Of a stretch of 48,936 nucleotides of DNA, positions 48,205-48,936 are shown one piece after another. Origin of the DNA: Betaproteobacteria bacterium (GTDB taxonomy: Bacteria > Pseudomonadota > Gammaproteobacteria > Burkholderiales > Burkholderiaceae_C). Numbering within the stretch: the stretch's first letter is position 1; each line of letters opens with the position of its first letter. The stretch is from contig CANFOR010000001.1 of NCBI GenBank assembly GCA_947448675.1, positions 1 through 48,936 on the forward strand. Direction: 5' to 3'. The notes beneath the pieces are model-generated. The model did not search any database and was not told where the DNA came from. It worked only from the letters and a program-made list of their open reading frames with translations. Made by a program: the position numbers and the translations under genes.

Positions 48205-48260
48205 AGCTATTAAAACAATAGCTGTATACGCATATTCCATGCGCCTTGCAGCCGTTTTCA
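48205..48260 (+). repeat. ~56-nt two-hairpin repeat, copy e
   Basis: AGCTATTAAAACAATAGCTGTATACGCATATTCCATGCGCCTTGCAGCCGTTTTCA. Hairpin 1 is AGCTATT/AATAGCT at 48205..48223; hairpin 2 is CGCAT/ATGCG at 48229..48243. The terminal TCA is the complement of the TGA stop of the convergent ABC gene. Confidence 0.85.
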
Positions 48261-48936
48261 CCCCTGCAAGTCGGTCTCTAGCGGCTCGCTCGATTGCTGC
48301 ATAGCCCACATCTGGGCGTAGCGGCCTTCTTGCGCTAAGAGCGCGGTGTGGGTGCCGCGTTCGATGATATGGCCAGCGTCTAAAACCAAGATTTCATGGG
48401 CCTCGACCACGGTAGACAAACGGTGGGCGATGACCAAGGTGGTTTTGCCGTTGGCGGTTTGGGCCAGCTCGGCTTGGATGGCGCGTTCGTTGGCGCTGTC
48501 GAGCGCGCTGGTGGCTTCGTCAAAAATCAAAATCGGCGGGTTTTTGAGCAGGGTACGGGCAATGGCGACGCGCTGCTTTTCACCGCCCGAGAGTTTGAGC
48601 CCGCGCTCGCCGACCATGGTGGCGTAGCCCTTGGGCGTGGAGGCAATAAAGCTGTGGATGCGTGCCGACCGCGCCGCCTCTTCGACCTCGGCGCGGCTGG
48701 CGCCGGGGCGGCCATAGGCGATGTTGTATTCGACCGTGTCGTTAAACAGCACAGTGTCTTGCGGCACGATGCCAATGGCGGCGCGCACGCTGGCCTGGGT
48801 CACCTGGCGAACGTCTTCGCCGCCGATCGTGATGCGGCCTTGCTGCACGTCGTAGAAGCGATAGAGCAGCCGGGCCATCGTCGACTTGCCCGACCCCGAG
48901 GGCCCGACCACCGCAATAGTCTGACCTGCTGGAATC
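48258..48936 (-). CDS. ABC exporter, fused TMD-NBD, Atm1/HMT1-like (only the C-terminal ATPase domain is in the window)
   Basis: The reading frame stays open to the window end. Walker [10 protein letters not shown], signature LSGGEKQR, Walker [32 protein letters not shown]...YNIAYGRP resembles Atm1-type exporters. Confidence 0.85.
   Translation of the reverse strand, partial: IPAGQTIAVVGPSGSGKSTMARLLYRFYDVQQGRITIGGEDVRQVTQASVRAAIGIVPQDTVLFNDTVEYNIAYGRPGASRAEVEEAARSARIHSFIASTPKGYATMVGERGLKLSGGEKQRVAIARTLLKNPPILIFDEATSALDSANERAIQAELAQTANGKTTLVIAHRLSTVVEAHEILVLDAGHIIERGTHTALLAQEGRYAQMWAMQQSSEPLETDLQG

Overview
Densely coding, high-GC chromosomal segment. Gene content and synteny suggest a betaproteobacterium (Burkholderiales/Comamonadaceae-like); that is inference only. 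I call about 46 protein genes and found no rRNA, tRNA, CRISPR array, transposase or integrase.

Gene order, left to right:
- dgt (partial), aroB, aroK, a low-GC Ig-like lipoprotein gene, then pilQ-P-O-N-M, all on the minus strand and divergent from mrcA. This is the ponA / pilMNOPQ-aroK-aroB arrangement known from Pseudomonas.
- cyaY / lptM-lysA; msrQ-msrP; cytochrome c4 / engB; an alpha/beta hydrolase; two LpxL-family acyltransferases divergent from metK.
- An Opp/Dpp-type ABC transporter with a fused permease-ATPase and a Tat-signal binding protein, followed by esterase-TetR-DUF3237.
- vapBC.
- The aerobic benzoyl-CoA (box) pathway: boxC-B-A, boxR, benzoate-CoA ligase and a Liv-type ABC importer.
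- A secreted PEBP protein, an AAA+/PD-(D/E)xK ATPase, a Nudix-MBL fusion, a Bug-family binding protein, a YghZ-like aldo-keto reductase, an MFS transporter, and a partial Atm1-like ABC exporter.

Most of the window is ordinary core or catabolic gene content. I cannot show a clearly new multi-gene system. The observations I consider most worth follow-up are:
1. A compositionally foreign multi-Ig-like lipoprotein gene packed between pilQ and aroK.
2. A family of five ~56-nt two-hairpin intergenic repeats that show compensatory stem changes. They supply stop codons of flanking genes, and two inverted copies bracket one hydrolase gene.
3. A perfect 41-bp AT-rich palindrome abutting the start codon of an AAA+/PD-(D/E)xK ATPase.
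4. Paired TGCA-N6-TGCA palindromes in the box promoter region.

All functional calls come from reading the translated ORFs for motifs. No database search was run.
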